Assembly (NCBI GenBank): GCA_040285825.1
Contig: JAUPSS010000003.1
Location: 434,001 to 498,000 of the forward strand
Source of the DNA: Eukaryota sp. TZLM1-RC
Taxonomy: Eukaryota; Protista; Metamonada: BaSk clade
Reading direction: 5' to 3'
DNA length: 64,000 nt
A model generated the notes under the pieces. It was not told where the DNA came from, did no database searches, and worked only from the letters and a program-made list of their open reading frames with translations. Position 1 is the stretch's first letter. Every line of letters starts with the position of its first letter. Position numbers and translations under genes: made by a program. Below are positions 1-13,604 of this stretch, piece after piece.

Positions 1-3000
1 CTAGTCTAATGCTAAGGGTTCCAGAAGCAGTACCAAGGGACTGTGAGGTAGATCCATCAGCAATCTTGTATGATATGGTTTCGTTGGAACGTGCCATGTT
101 ACAATTACTGATGACGTCTTCTGTGACTACTGAGCATGTTGCACCGGAGTCAATTATGCCTTTAACTTCGACATTGTTGATCAAGAAGTTTAATTGTAGG
201 CAGTTGGTTGTGGACTTTATGGATTGTACCATAAATATTGTATCGGAATCATATTCAGCTTGTTCTGAGAAGAAATTAGCTTGAATGTTATGCGTCTTGG
301 TATGTTCCAAGTTTGCCAAAGGATTGATTAGGGAATCTTTCCATGTTGTGTTTTCTGTGTGGGAATGTGTTGTAGTTGTAGGGGTATGGTTTCAAAACAG
401 TGTAAATAGTGACGGGAACGTTTATTATATGATGAAGAGCCCTTGCCTCTGCCGCGAGTGCCTCTTCGGCTACGGAAACCAGAACCTCTAGAACCTCTGC
501 CTCGAGCTTTGTGTTGAGCTTGTTGCTCTCTCCACTTTTTTGCTTCTTTGGCAGTCCTCACTAGGGCACCTTTCAGTCGGATGACCCATTTGTTTACAGA
601 AATTGCATTGGACGTTGACATCAGACTGAGTGGAAGACGGTTGAGTAGAGCTTCCTTCTCGTCGTTGTTGTTTTGGGCGCCTGCCAGAGCTGGAACCTCT
701 TGTTTTGGGGATAGCAGGGGGAGAAGGTACCGTCTGTCTGCGACGGTTCTCAGTCTGGAACGAGATTCTATTTTGATACAAGAAGTCCACGTGATTGATC
801 TGCTCCTTAAAAGATCTAGCATTACAAAAGTTTTCGTATTCTATTTGGAGAACACTGAAAAATTCTCCTAGGGTGTGGCCATCTGAGTAATAATGGGAGG
901 GATTGGACCAGATCCTGAGGAGTCTGTCCCTGATGATGGTAATACCGATGCTTTCAATAACGTGAGAGGCAATTTCCCATTCAGGAAGTCGGTCGACGGG
1001 GTTTCCGTGGATGGTGATGTGTCTCATTTGTTGAGTCAGACCACGAACGTCTTGGATAGCGGTGGAACGCGTTAAGACTCTGCCTATGTTAAGCATGAAG
1101 TCTATCCATCTGTTACCATAATCTCTCTCAGACCAATCCATGTGTACAGCATGAAGTGCGTCCAGGGCTTGATCCAGTCTACTGAATTGGGTTCTCCTTA
1201 GGATCTGTTCCCAAATTTTGCGTTCGTCTCTGCTGGTTGGGACCATGGCGGAGGAAATTGAAAGGCCAGTGCCTTGATACCTTAAAGCGTTGAGAGCTTC
1301 AGGTGTAACGCATTCAGCTAAGCCTCTGGGACTAATGCGCATGGCAGATCTGAAGAGATCCCATTCATGAATTGGTTCACTGTCGAACCGTTGATCAGAT
1401 GCCAGTTCTGCTGATCTAGCTAGTTCAAGTTCTTCGCGAAGTCTAGCAACTTCGCTGGCTAAAAGCAACTTGGGCAGGATCCTCGATGTTGCCTCTAGCC
1501 TCGTCTACAATTCTGTCCGTACGACTCCAGAGGATAAACTTGTTAACAAACTTGAGGAGTTTATCAACGTCTCTCAGATCAGTCGCGTCGAGAGTTGGAC
1601 GTTTAGGGCGGTCTCTGCGTCTGTTGTCTCTATCTCTTGATCCCACCATGGAAGATAGGAGAAGGTTACTATCGTAAGTACCTGAGAAAGTAGAACGTGA
1701 AGAACTAACCGTAGAAGGTGTTGGTTGAGCCGTGTGTTGTGAACTTGTTGAACCAGTGGAAGGAGGTGTGGGTGGAACCACTGATTGTTCCATAGGCTGT
1801 GTAGGTGCTGGAGTTTGTTCCATTGGTGCTAGCACAGTTGGAATTGAGTCTGGACTTGGGGACTCATCACTGACTTCTACTACAACATCCCCTTCAGTTT
1901 GTTCCATGGGAGGATTATGCGAGGATTCTGTAGAAGTTTCCATAGGTTGATCTGTGGAAGGTGGAACTTCGCGTTGGTGAGGTTCAGGAGAAAGTTCTAT
2001 CTCTTCAATCTGGGCTGGAACCTGGTAAGAAGAGATCGCTGGTTGAACCAAGCGTGTTTTCTCTATACGACCTTCTACCATTACCCACTTTAACATCCTG
2101 GATTCTATGCATCCAGGGAAAACGGTGACGAGCTGGAGGGCTCTTTGAAGATTGCCTGATCTTCTGTGGTCGGGACCACAATATGACGCTATATGATCAG
2201 GACGTCTATCATATAGAAAGAGTCTTTCACCATATGTGGTTTCGGTAAACCACCACCCTGTTCTATAATCTCTGTCGATAAGGATATCGAGAGATGCGTT
2301 GTACCCAGGGCTGAACCTAGGGTATGGGCAAGGGTTGTGAACGTTTATGAAGAGGTTGTCTTCATCTCCAGCGAAGCGTCTGAATACTCCTTCTCGAGTA
2401 GTTCTCATGAACCTAACTCCGGGTCTTGGTTCATAAGTTGGTTCAGGGTCATTCCTGGAGGTTTCTGGGGTGATCCTTTCATCGGAAAGAAATGGACCAA
2501 TTCTGGGAGAGATCCATAATCCTAAGTCGTTCTCGACTTTGGGACCGTAGAAAGGAGGCCGTTTGTTGCTCATCTCCGTGGGAGGGATGGCTTCTGGATC
2601 CCCTGGAATGACTCGTGTGTCCCTATATCTAGCATAAGGGTTGTGCTGACGGGAAGCACCATGATTGACACTTGAGCTAGCGTAGGAGCTAGTTTGAGAA
2701 GGGGTAAGTTGAGCAGGTGTAGAGGATGTTCCTCTTCTAGCTTCAATCTCTCTGTCCAATCTTTTTCTGTGTTCCCAGTTTCGTTCTTCTTGGAGAAAAC
2801 GCTCTATATATTCTTTAGAGACCTCACCAGGAATTTTGTCAATTTCAGAAGAAGGTGCCGTGGGAGGGACCTGATGTTGAGGTAGAGGGGAGAATTCCTT
2901 GGGAGGTTCCTCGTACTCAACCAAATCTGAAAAGATTTGTTCGTACCTTTTCCTTTGCTCTTCGGAAAGATACGAAGGAAGGTTCGAAAAGCTAGGAATG

Positions 3001-3725
3001 GAATCACTAGCCTGGTGAGGGGAAACAGATAGATTATTAACTCCACTAACTGTTGAAGTCAGAGGAGATCCTGAAGCTGGAACAGCAGGATTTTGAATGT
3101 TCCTCCTAACAGTTGGAACTGGAGGGAGGAGCTGTTGAGAATGAGAGGGTGGAACCTCAGAACTAGATGAAAGGGATGAAGATGGTACTTCAATGGCCTT
3201 TGTAGAGGAGGAAGAGGGTTGATCTTCTAATCCTTCCTTTGACGCGAGAGAAGGTTGAACAGTCTCTCTGTTCTGAGTAGAAGGTGAAGGTGGTACTTCA
3301 GAACTTCTTTCAGGGAGGGGAGAAGGTGGGACTTCAGACGCCCTTAAATGTGAAGGAGGAAGAGGAGCAACGGAATCCTCAGCATCTTCATAGTCGTAGA
3401 ACACTAATGAAGGGCTTCTTGCTTCCGAAGGAATAGAATCCTTAGGAGGGTTGTCTCCTTCCACAGGAACGGAATCCAGAGGAGGGGAACTTTCTTCCAT
3501 TGGAACGGAATCCTCAGGAAGGGAACTATTTTCCTTTATGGTGGAACCCTCAGGAAGAGTTGCTTCAGGAAGCGCAGAAGCTTCAACCGAAGAAGGAGGC
3601 ACGGAAGCAGGGTCTGTGGTTAGTGGTGAGGAAGAGGGACCAGTCTCTTCCTCAAGGATCCTACGCTGAGCCGGGGACGACCCAATACGTATTGATGGTC
3701 TTGGCTGTTGGTTATTGTCTGACAT
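1..3725 (-). pseudogene. Frameshifted gag-protease of element 1
   Basis: ORFs 1443..3725, 488..1468 and 328..822 align piecewise to the continuous element D polyprotein, with frame changes near 1468 and further downstream. Confidence 0.85.
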
Positions 3726-3846
3726 ACAATGTAGAGTAACAGAAGTGTAATTTATTACGAAGAGGAATTGTATTCTCTCTTCTTAAGCTAACAGGCGGAA
3801 TACTAATAACTAAACTATTAACTATAAATACTATTCAAGACTAACA
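3693..3846 (-). repeat. 5' LTR of element 1 (154 bp), containing the gag ATG at 3725
   Basis: TG...CA termini; same length and organisation as the element D LTRs; host pol sequence resumes at 3847. Confidence 0.8.
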
Positions 3847-6147
3847 GCTCCGGGCAAGCGAGTATTGATAAGTACTGACGCTTCAGATGTAGCAGTAGGA
3901 GGTGTTATTTGGCAAGAAATTGAACCCTACTCCCCTTCAGGAACCCCGCTAAATAAAAGGAAAGTGAAACCTTTGTCATTCTATAGTAGATTACTTACAG
4001 AAACACAAAGAAAATGGTCCACCTTACAAAAAGAATTATACGCAATACTTCTGATTTTAACTGAAAGTTGTTTAGAAAGCTACTTGTTAACTAGACATTT
4101 AACAATTTTTACAGATCATAAAAACATTGCATTCCTGGCTACAGCCCCAGAGAAAAATAGAATTGTAAAGAGATGGCTGCCGATACTATCTGAATTCGAC
4201 TTTGACATAGTCCACGAACCTGGTGAAGACAACCATTGGGCAGATATGTTATCGAGGAATATTGATTTGGATCAAAACGAGGAAACTTCTTCTATTTGTA
4301 GTATAAATATACCAGACACTTTACTTTCAAATTACGAGATACCTCCACTAGACGATGATTCTGATTCGGATCTTGAAGACATCCCTTCAATCTCATCTCT
4401 AAGTAGACACCAAGACCTACCTATTTTTTCTTCTTGGCTGTCTAAGATAAGATCTGAACAACAAATAGCCAAAAACAACAACGACTCTTTATTTGATAAC
4501 GCAATTCTAGATGTAAACACTCAAATTTGGAAAAATAATAAAAACAAAATTTTGATTCCAAAGAGCCTCAGTAAACAGGCACTATTATTAATACATGGTT
4601 TGGTTCAATCTGGTCACCCCAGCAAAAACGATAGTTTACACAAACTGTCCAAAAGCGATTTCTACTGGCCCAATATGAGAAAGGACCTTATTAATCATGT
4701 CAAAAGATGCCCAACTTGTCAAAAAACGGCTCCAGTTAAAAGATCAAAAACACCTTCCACAGGATCTTTATGGGCAGATCGTCCTTTTGCCAGATTAAAT
4801 GTCGATACAATTGGACCCCTAAATTCTGACAACGAAGGAAATAAATATCTATTAGTATTTGTAGACTCTTTTACTGGATATACATTTTTAGTCCCTCTAA
4901 AAGAACTTAATGCCTTAGAAACCGCAGATGCCTTGATTTGGAATGTTTGCGCTATCTTTGGCATACCTATGTTAATTCATAGTGATAATGGACCTGAGTT
5001 CGCCAATGAGACTTTCAAAATAGTGTGTAACAGATTAGCGATTGAGATGAGTAACTCAATTCCCCACTATTCAGAAAGTAATGGACTTGTAGAACGTAAA
5101 CATAGAGACGTTTTTCAATGCTTAAGGAAACTATTAATAGATTTCAATGATTACGGAAATTGGTCTACATACGTACCTATATCCCAACTATTAATAAATT
5201 CTACTAAAAGCAGAAAAACTGGTTTTACCCCATACGAACTCATGTTCGGTTCTTCGATTAGTCCAAGAACAGACCCTGCTAATATATTAGGAAATTTATC
5301 CAAATTTGAAACTAATATCCCTTTATTAGATGACATCAAAATGAAAAACACTCGTCTACAAGAAAAAAGGGAAGAAGCAGAGCGTCACCAAACATTGAAT
5401 ACTCCGTCTTCAGTAGATAATACTAATTCGTGTTTTATAGTATTTAATATTGGTGACTACGTCTTACGTAAAACCAAGCAAAATAATAAATTGCATGGAT
5501 CTTGGAATGGACCATTTTTAGTTATTGACCTTCCTTCCAAATCCACTTTATTATTGAAGAATCTTACTACTGGCACAGAATTAAAAGCTGCCAAGAAAGA
5601 TTGCAAAATCTATAACGCAGAAAATCCACAGGACATTGAATTCCTCAAGGCAGTCGCTGCGGGCGATTCCGAAAAACACGTTATAGAGAAAATCCTCTCA
5701 GAATACCACTCTGATTCAGGTAGTTTCTGTACTGTTCAGTGGTTTGGCGGTGAGACAACAGAAGAGCCACTCTATTCGGTTACACACTCAGAAGCTTATA
5801 AGTTATTTAGTAAGGATAACAAGAAAATTGGAAAACGTACCACTAGTCGACGACAAGGTACCTCCAATGAGTCTACGCCTTCTAAGAAGCCTAGACGCAG
5901 TAATAGAATTAGGAAGAGGAGCTAATTCTTAGTTTATATCGAATATTAATATTATATCGATTATATGTATTTATTTATAGTTATTTCGTTATTTGTATAT
6001 AGTTTTTATTTCATATTTATATAAGCTGATTTATTTTGAAAAAGGGAAGAAGCAGTGTTGGCGCCCTAAGGCTTATATAATATGATTAGAAAATAAATCA
6101 ACTTTTCCTCATTGACTTTTCTTTACTACAATAGACTTTAGGCAACA
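3847..6147 (+). mobile_element. Gypsy element A, 3' half (RNase H-integrase-chromodomain, PPT, 92-bp 3' LTR at 6056-6147)
   Basis: PPT GAAAAAGGGAAGAAGCAG directly before TGTTGG; LTR ends GGCAACA; the sequence then resumes inside a second pol (HWADML). Confidence 0.9.
3865..5925 (+). CDS. Pol fragment: RNase H, integrase, chromodomain-like tail
   Basis: TDASD and TDHK (RNase H); HGLVQSGH/CPTC; DTIGPL, SDNGPEF, NGLVER; GPF motif; VIEKIL...VQWFG...TTEEP. Confidence 0.92.
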   Translation: MISTDASDVAVGGVIWQEIEPYSPSGTPLNKRKVKPLSFYSRLLTETQRKWSTLQKELYAILLILTESCLESYLLTRHLTIFTDHKNIAFLATAPEKNRIVKRWLPILSEFDFDIVHEPGEDNHWADMLSRNIDLDQNEETSSICSINIPDTLLSNYEIPPLDDDSDSDLEDIPSISSLSRHQDLPIFSSWLSKIRSEQQIAKNNNDSLFDNAILDVNTQIWKNNKNKILIPKSLSKQALLLIHGLVQSGHPSKNDSLHKLSKSDFYWPNMRKDLINHVKRCPTCQKTAPVKRSKTPSTGSLWADRPFARLNVDTIGPLNSDNEGNKYLLVFVDSFTGYTFLVPLKELNALETADALIWNVCAIFGIPMLIHSDNGPEFANETFKIVCNRLAIEMSNSIPHYSESNGLVERKHRDVFQCLRKLLIDFNDYGNWSTYVPISQLLINSTKSRKTGFTPYELMFGSSISPRTDPANILGNLSKFETNIPLLDDIKMKNTRLQEKREEAERHQTLNTPSSVDNTNSCFIVFNIGDYVLRKTKQNNKLHGSWNGPFLVIDLPSKSTLLLKNLTTGTELKAAKKDCKIYNAENPQDIEFLKAVAAGDSEKHVIEKILSEYHSDSGSFCTVQWFGGETTEEPLYSVTHSEAYKLFSKDNKKIGKRTTSRRQGTSNESTPSKKPRRSNRIRKRS

Positions 6148-8166
6148 CTGGGCAGATATGCTATTGAGGAATATTGATTTAGATCAAATCGAGGAAACTC
6201 CTTCTATATGTAGTATAAATATACCACATACTTTACTTTCGAATTACGAGATACCTCCAATAGACGATGATTCTGATTCGGACTTCGAAGACATCAAATC
6301 AAGTTCATCCCTAAGTAGACACCAGGACTTACCTATTTTTTCTTCTTGGTTCTCTAAAATAAGATCTGAACAACAAATAGCCAAAAATAATAACGACCCT
6401 CTATTTGAGAATGCAATTCTAGATGAAAATACTCAAATTTGAAAAAACAATAAAAATAAAATTTTAATTACAAAAAGCCTCAGAAAACAGGCCCTACTAT
6501 TAATTCATGGATTGGTTCAATCAGGCCACCCTAGCAAAAACGACAGTCTACATAAACTGTCCAAAAGCGATTTTTTCTGGCCTAATATGAGAAAGGACCT
6601 CTTAAACCACATCAAAAGATGCCCAACTTGTCAAAAAACGGCACCAGTTAACAGAATAAAAACACCTTCCACAGGTTCCCTTTGGGCAGATCGTCCTTTT
6701 GCTAGATTAAATGTCGAAACAATTGGACCTCTGAATACTGATAGTGATGGTAATAAATACTTATTAGTATTTGTAGATTCTTTTACTGGATATTCAATTT
6801 TAGTCCCTCTGAAGGAACTCAATGCCTTAAAGACCGCAGACGCTTTGGTTTGGAACGTTTGCGCAATTTTTGGCATACCAATGTTAATTCATAGTGATAA
6901 TGGTCCTGAGTTCGCCAATGAGACAAGATAGTGTGTAATAGATTAGCTATTGAGATGAGTCACTCAATACCCCACTACTCTGAAAGTAATGGACTCGTAG
7001 AACGAAAACATAGAGACGTTCTACACTGCTTGAGGAAATTATTAATAGATTTTAATGATTATGGAAATTGGTCTACTTATATACCCATATCCCAACTATT
7101 AATAAATTCCACTCAAAGCAGAAAGACAGGTTTTACACCATACGAACTAATGTTCGGATCTTCGATTAGTCCAAGATCGGACCCTGCAAACATATAAGGA
7201 AACTTATCAAAATTTGATTCCTATTTACTTTTTTTAGACGATATTAAAATGAAAAATATTCGTCTGCAAGAAAAAAGGGAAGAAGCAGAGCGTCATCAAT
7301 CATTAAATACTCCGATTTCGGTAGACAATACTAATTCGCCTTCTATAGTATTTAATATTGGTGACTATGTCCTACGTAAACCAAACAGAATAATAAACTA
7401 CATGGATCTTGAAACGGACCCTTTTTAGTAATAGATCATCCTTCCAACTCTACTTTATCATTGAAGTGTTGTTGTTACTGATTAACTAACTTGGTAGACA
7501 GATGAGAAATTTACATGATGACGTGGCACTTGTTCAAGAACAAGTATTTCTATTAATAAATTTCTTTTTTCTTCTTTTCATTTTTGGTATTTCTGTTTAA
7601 CGGCATCAGAAAAATCTGATCACTGGCACCGAATTAAAGGCTGCTAAGAAAGAGTGCAAAATTTATAACGCTGAGAATCCACAAGATATCGAATTTCTTA
7701 AAGCAGTTGCAGCAGGCGATGCTGAGAAAGATGTTATAGAGAAAATCCTCTCAGAATATAATTCTGACTCAGGTAGTTTCTGTACTGTTCAATGGTATGG
7801 CGGTGAGATAACAGAAGAGCCTCTCCATTCAGTTAAACATTCAGAAGCTTACAAGTTGTTCAGCAGGAATAACAAGAAAATTGGAATACGTACTACTAGT
7901 CAACGTAAAAGTACCTCCAATAACTCTATGCCTTACAAGACGCCTAGACGCAGTACTAGAATTAGGAAGTGATGCTTATTCTTAGTTTAGATTAGTTTAG
8001 ATTATTTGTAGTTATTTAGTTATTTGTTTATAGTTTAGTTCATATTTATATAAGCCTATTATCTCTGAAAAAGGGGAAGAAGCAGTGTTGGCGCCCTTGG
8101 GCTTTTATAATATGAATAGAAAATAAATTATCTTTATCTCAACCACTTTTGCAACCTAAGGCAACA
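6148..8166 (+). mobile_element. Gypsy element B, degenerate 3' half of the same family as A, with an 81-bp 3' LTR at 8086-8166
   Basis: Close paralogue of 4236-6147 with stops and frameshifts; same PPT and TGTTGGCGCCC...GGCAACA LTR. Confidence 0.88.
7467..7608 (+). repeat. Solo LTR (142 bp) related to the gag-only element LTR
   Basis: TGTTGTTGTT...TAACGGCATCA termini shared with 53457-53596; absent from paralogue A; flanks GAAG/GAAA (4-bp TSD with one mismatch). Confidence 0.85.
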
Positions 8167-11100
8167 AAATAGGGTAATTGTTCTTCAACTCTGTGAGGTG
8201 CCAAGTTTCTCACTTGTTGGACTCGATGAGTTTGGGGTTTGGTATCAACTAATCTAGACAACATGTCTGCCCAATAATTCTCCTCGCCTGCAGTGTGGAC
8301 TACATCAAAATTGAATTCTGACAGTATTGGTAGCCACCTCTTTACATTTCTGTTCTTTTCAGGAGCTGATATAAGGTATACTAAATTTCTATGATCAGAG
8401 AAAATAGTTAATTTCCTCGAAATTAAATAATTTTCTAAACTACTGTCAGTGAGAATTAGTAAAATTGCATACAACTCTTTATGAAGCACAGACCAATTCT
8501 TTTGTGAAGTTGATAATAATCCGCTAAAGAAGGCAATAGGTACAACCTTTCTCTTAATTAGCGGTGTCGTAGGATCTTTAGGTGGGTTATCTTCTTGCCA
8601 TATTACTGCATCTACAGCCACATCAGACGCATTAGCATTTATTAAAATATGATTGTCTTCTGAGAACAATTCAAGAGGGATATTTGCTTTAATAAGATTT
8701 ATAATCTTACCGAAGGCCTCGTCATGATCAGAAGTCCACTTGATCTTTGACGGTTTGTTTCTGGTTAATTTGTTGTTTGGTTCTATCAAATCAGACAAAT
8801 TTGGCAACCAGTCACGTATATAGTTGATCGAACCTATAAAACTCCTAACCTCAGGTAATGTCCTGGGTTTAGGTAGGTTGATCAGTCCCTCAATCCTAGA
8901 CTCATCTATATAGCGGGTTTTGTTTATAAAAATACTACCTAGAATTTTTATTTCATGTTTGCAAGTGGTAAAGCTACACTTGGGTAGGCCCAGGTTAACT
9001 CTAAAACGTTTGGCGTTCTAGGACCGAATCTACTCTAGATAGAAATTCATCCAGGGTCGAAGCTACTATTATTATATCATCGATATAAATAAATACGCCT
9101 TCAGAATCAAATATTTCTATCATCATGTTTTGGAAGACTGCAGGAACGTTCTTCAAACCAAAACAAGCCCTTTTAAAACTGATCGACATCCCGGAAATTG
9201 ATACGGTAGTTTTATCATTATCCTCTTCTGCAATTTTGAGCTGCCAAAATGTCTTAAATAAATATATTTCTGTCTTTTTCGAGTAGCACGACTAGGCGTT
9301 CTTCGTCCTTAATGTCATCCAGGCATATTCTACAGCCCAACTCATCCCACTCATGTCTAAATGTGGAATGCCCAAAATCATTACCTAAGTGTGATTTATT
9401 ACTCAATTGTTCTATGAATCTAATTGGTTGACAAATTCTATCATCAAACTCACATTCAGCATTTAAGATGGTGCGGTGTTCGCGATCCAAATTAATATTA
9501 AAACCGTGCTTCGTGCGTAGTTCCAAGGTTTGTAATAAGTCTCTTCCGATCAAAATTATTGGTACCAGGAATGATCTGGTGTTCAATCCTTAAAAACACT
9601 TGAGTGGCCAACCCACATTTACATTTTTTTTCATTAAGATTACCATTTTTACATCCTAGGGTCGTGGAGCGAATACCATTTGCCGATCAGTATTCGACAG
9701 TCTTATTGTCATTAACTGTCATATTACATTTAGAAGCTAAATCCATTGATAATGCTGAAAATGCAGCTCCATTATCAATTTCGCCTTGCACTTCCACGTT
9801 ATCTATGGTGCAGGTTAACCGAAGTTACCCGTTAGAACTTTCTTGGCCCTCTGCTACCCTGGATAGTCTAACACTGTGGATAGAACCCACAGAATTGGAT
9901 GACTCTCTAAATCTTTTTAATGGATTTAGGTGTTTATAATTCGAGTCTGTTTTGCTCATTTTATAAATGGAATTGATTGAATTATTTGTAAGATTATTGT
10001 TAAAAGATGTCTAATCATCTGATTTATTACTACTTTTTCGTTTTCTATCACGTTTCTCATCTTATTGATGCTTTTTTGAACCTGCTCTTCCCACTATTTT
10101 AAAACATTTCTCTTCAGGATGTTTATTGGTTTTGCATAAGCTACACCATTGCTCTGAAAGGTTGGGTCGACTGCTTACTCTAGGGTTCTTAAAAGGATCT
10201 TTTGACTGGCTTCGTCCTTTTTGCGCAGGAGCGTGAGCACCAAAAGCTGTTCTTATCAGGTTCATGTTTTTGATCGAGGATTCAAGGCTATTGACCTTAT
10301 TAACAAATGCGTTACCTATATCGTAAGTCGCATCGCCCAGTTTCTCGTTACTCGAATCAAACTTGCCAATCCAAATGATATATGTGTCCATCAATTGGTT
10401 GTTTGTTTTGTCGTTAATAGTTTCGAGAAATCTCTTTGCTGGGTAGACGACAAACGGATTTTTATCCGTTCCGGGCATAATTGTAGAGCGTCGAATTATA
10501 TATATGATCTGCTCTATGAAGGCTGTCCATGAAGATTCAGCGCTCATTCTGCGACTGATTTCAGGTGGTCTTACAGATCTCAAAGCCTTCTCAACATCGG
10601 TAAGGTATTTGTACTGGGTGCTGAGTAGCAAATATTCCCAGATTTCGGCGTCAGATGGTTTGTTGCCTAACACGTTTGTTCGGCCTTCATAATAACTCTG
10701 CCATTCTGCGATGACCTTATTCTCGATTATAAATCTCAAATACAAAGGGTCTATTTCGAAGAACATAGATCTAACGAAATCGGACTGGTGAACAGGTTGA
10801 CCGTATTTGGTGATCGGCGTAAATGCTCTGGTGGGTCCATCGCGATCCCTATCCGTTTTTGCCCAATTGCCAAAATGAAGAACGAAGTCGAAGATCTTCT
10901 TGGCGTCAAACGCTTCATTTAACTTAACTAGGCATCTGAGTTTGTTGTCTATTTTTTTCCTCAATTTTTCCTCGTCTGTTACAGGAGTTCTATAATGACC
11001 GAGGGTATCGACAAGAGAATCTCTGGGAGCATTCGTTCCTAGGGGTTGCGTGGGTGCAGAAGGATTTGCAACAGATGCTTGAGTAGGAGTTGCTTCACAG

Positions 11101-12759
11101 GAAGCTCTCCTAGATGCCACAGGCCCTACAGAAGGTGTACTAAATATATTCATGTTCCTCCCTTCTGAAGGCAGTGTTTCGCCCAACTTTATGATAAATT
11201 TTGTTTTAGGAGGTTCCTCCTGTACAGGTACAGTCTGAGCTGGTGGCCTTAGGTCCACCCAATCTGGTGCATTTTTAAATCCTCTAGGGACCCCTGCTAT
11301 TTTGTGATCATATGGAAGGCAACTACTTTTTATTAAGACGTTCTCACAAACATTTTGGCCAGCTGTCAACTCATGCCTTAAGTTTTGCCATCCATGCATC
11401 AGGGTAAACTAATTTTAACTTGTTAGGGCCAAAACGTTGCTCATTCAATTAAATAACCCTGGTGCCTATTTCTCTAAGTTAAGACTCTTTGGCATGAAAT
11501 TGAAGGGTGTCGCCTCGAGATTCATCGAATCTGCCCCCAAGCATAAGTAAGATGTCCGCAATGGAATCTTTTGGGTGTACGTTCTCCACTAGGAAATGCC
11601 TTACGACGGCCCTAAGGTTTCTACGATGTTGAATATGAGGATACATTTTAGCTATCCAAAATAACCTGTCGTAAGCTTTTTGATTTCAACAAAAATATAT
11701 TTTGTGGTTATCAATCGCATCCCTATGCCATTTGGCAGGCCTGGGAGTAGCAGCTTGATACTTTGAACGAGGGGCACTAAAATCCTCGACTGCACTCATC
11801 CCACACGAGATTGCCGAATTGGTAAGATCATCCAATCTCTTTAAAAGATTTGGACTCTGATCATAACTCTCGTAAACGACGTCGTCAAGTGTTTTGCCGT
11901 GGGCTTCCTCAAAGATAAAGGACCAACGTTTCGATAAATAGTCACGTCTGACCTTCTAAGATTCGGCTGGGTCTACGTCTCCCGAGAGGCGTTCTGACTC
12001 ATTCTCAGCCATTTTTAGTAATTCATCATCACTCCAATCCATTACATCATTGGGAGGATTGGCGATGAGATCCAATAAGAAATCTCTGGTTACAGCCTCA
12101 ACTGCCATTGCTAGTTTCCTTCGGTATGGAGTTGGATTAGAAGGATTGAGTGTATGAGGAGATTCATCATCGATCTCATCCCCTCTTCTGCTGTTGTTCT
12201 GATAATCAGTTCCTCTGGAATCACTTTGTGGTTCCTCACTCAGCCTGATGTCAGAAGTGGGTGAGGAGGGAGTTTTACGTGAAGAACTAGTCGTAGACTG
12301 TTGCTCGCCTTCGCCTCCTTCACCTTCTGTACAAGCGTTAGAATTGTTACTTATAGCAAACGCTTTGAATCTCCGTTGCTCGCTCGGAGTGAGAAAACTC
12401 TTCCTACAAGGAAGGAGCTCCGAGTAGTTGTTAGGGTATGTGTACAGTTCTGTCACATCAACAACGTGATTAACACTCTCCTTATTGGGGAGGTGACTTT
12501 CTTTCTGAGAAGCAAGGTTCTTTTCAGCGGAAAGCTCACTCTCCTTAGGAGGATTACTCTTCCCGAAGGAAGGATTACTCTTCTCGAAAGAAGGATTACT
12601 CTCCGTAGATGGAGGATTACTCTCCTGAGAAGGAGGAATACCGTTAATGTCCTGGCCGGAGCCATTAATTAATGATGCTGTATAATTAGACATTGTACAA
12701 AATAGAGATAAAAGATAAAGATATTGATTAAATTTCACTGGTCCTTATAAAGGCCGTCA
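8167..12759 (-). mobile_element. Gypsy element C, degenerate 5' part (LTR, gag, protease, RT, RNase H)
   Basis: Gag pieces 11956..12738 and 10062..11399 (CSLCKTNKHPEEKC); protease-like EIDNGAA near 9770-9785; RT FGLKNVPAVFQ and YIDD; RNase H 8139..8807. The outer LTR boundary is approximate. Confidence 0.85.
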
Positions 12760-12799
12760 CTAGTGAAGTCTATATGTGAAGTCACTATGTATCTGTATT

Positions 12800-13276
12800 A
12801 AAACCATAAAAATGAATGTTGTTGATGTTGTAACTGTGGAAGTTTGCAAGAGAAATGCCTTGAAGAATGCACAATCCGAAGTATCCTCCCTTGATGATTC
12901 AAAATTGTGAAAACGAAAGAAATGTACAAATCCTTTGAAAGAATTGAAACATGTTCGCCACATGGCCTACCAAATTTGCACATTTGCTATTTCTTTGTAT
13001 GGTCGACTTGGAAAAACTGCAATGAATTTTATTGATGATTTCGAAAATTTTGTAAAAAGAAGAATGAATAAGCTATTTGATTACCATTTGCGGTTAAATC
13101 GTATTGTTTTTACTATTTTCAAAGCAATTCCTAAAATGATTTCGAAAGCTCTGATGTCTGTCGGTGCACATTACGAAAACATTGCTGTTGTACGGTTTGA
13201 TGGTGTGGAAGCTTGTTTTGAAGATATTGATTTTTAGACTGTATTTTTTAGAATAAATAAAATAACAAAAAAACAA
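12800..13276 (+). mobile_element. 3' fragment of a CRE-like RLE non-LTR retrotransposon
   Basis: FAISLYGRLG...NRIVFTIFK...ACFEDIDF matches the C-termini at 34850..35218 and 54564..55226; A-rich tail. Confidence 0.75.
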
Positions 13277-13604
13277 GAAGAATTAAAACCACCTTGTTAT
13301 TGATATTTGTTTGATTCATTTTCTTAAAAGGAATTGTTCTTTTAGTGGTATTTTTGTATTACCATAGTGTCATAAATGCAATACAATAACACATCAGCAG
13401 AGAAATCACAAGGGACAAGGCTGAATGACTGCGTTACCAGTTATATAGGCTCAATACAGTATAATGTGCTCTTTATAAACAAACAACAAACAAAGTGAAC
13501 AAAGTGAGCCTCAAGTAAAAAGCACAGCAGCACACTGCACTTAAATTCACTATGTGAATGTGATTAAGGAAGTGAGGCAATTTATTTTTGGTTACTTTTG
13601 AAAC

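Larger units (their letters stand above)
1..3846 (-). mobile_element. Ty3/Gypsy LTR retrotransposon (element 1), 5' part; continues off the left edge; inserted into element A
   Basis: 5' LTR at 3693-3846 (TGTTAG...CCATCA on the minus strand). Gag pieces 1443..3725 and 488..1468, CCHC knuckle CNFCKQMGHPTERC in 488..1468, protease motif GIIDSGAT near 140-160. Clearly homologous to element D. Confidence 0.92.
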
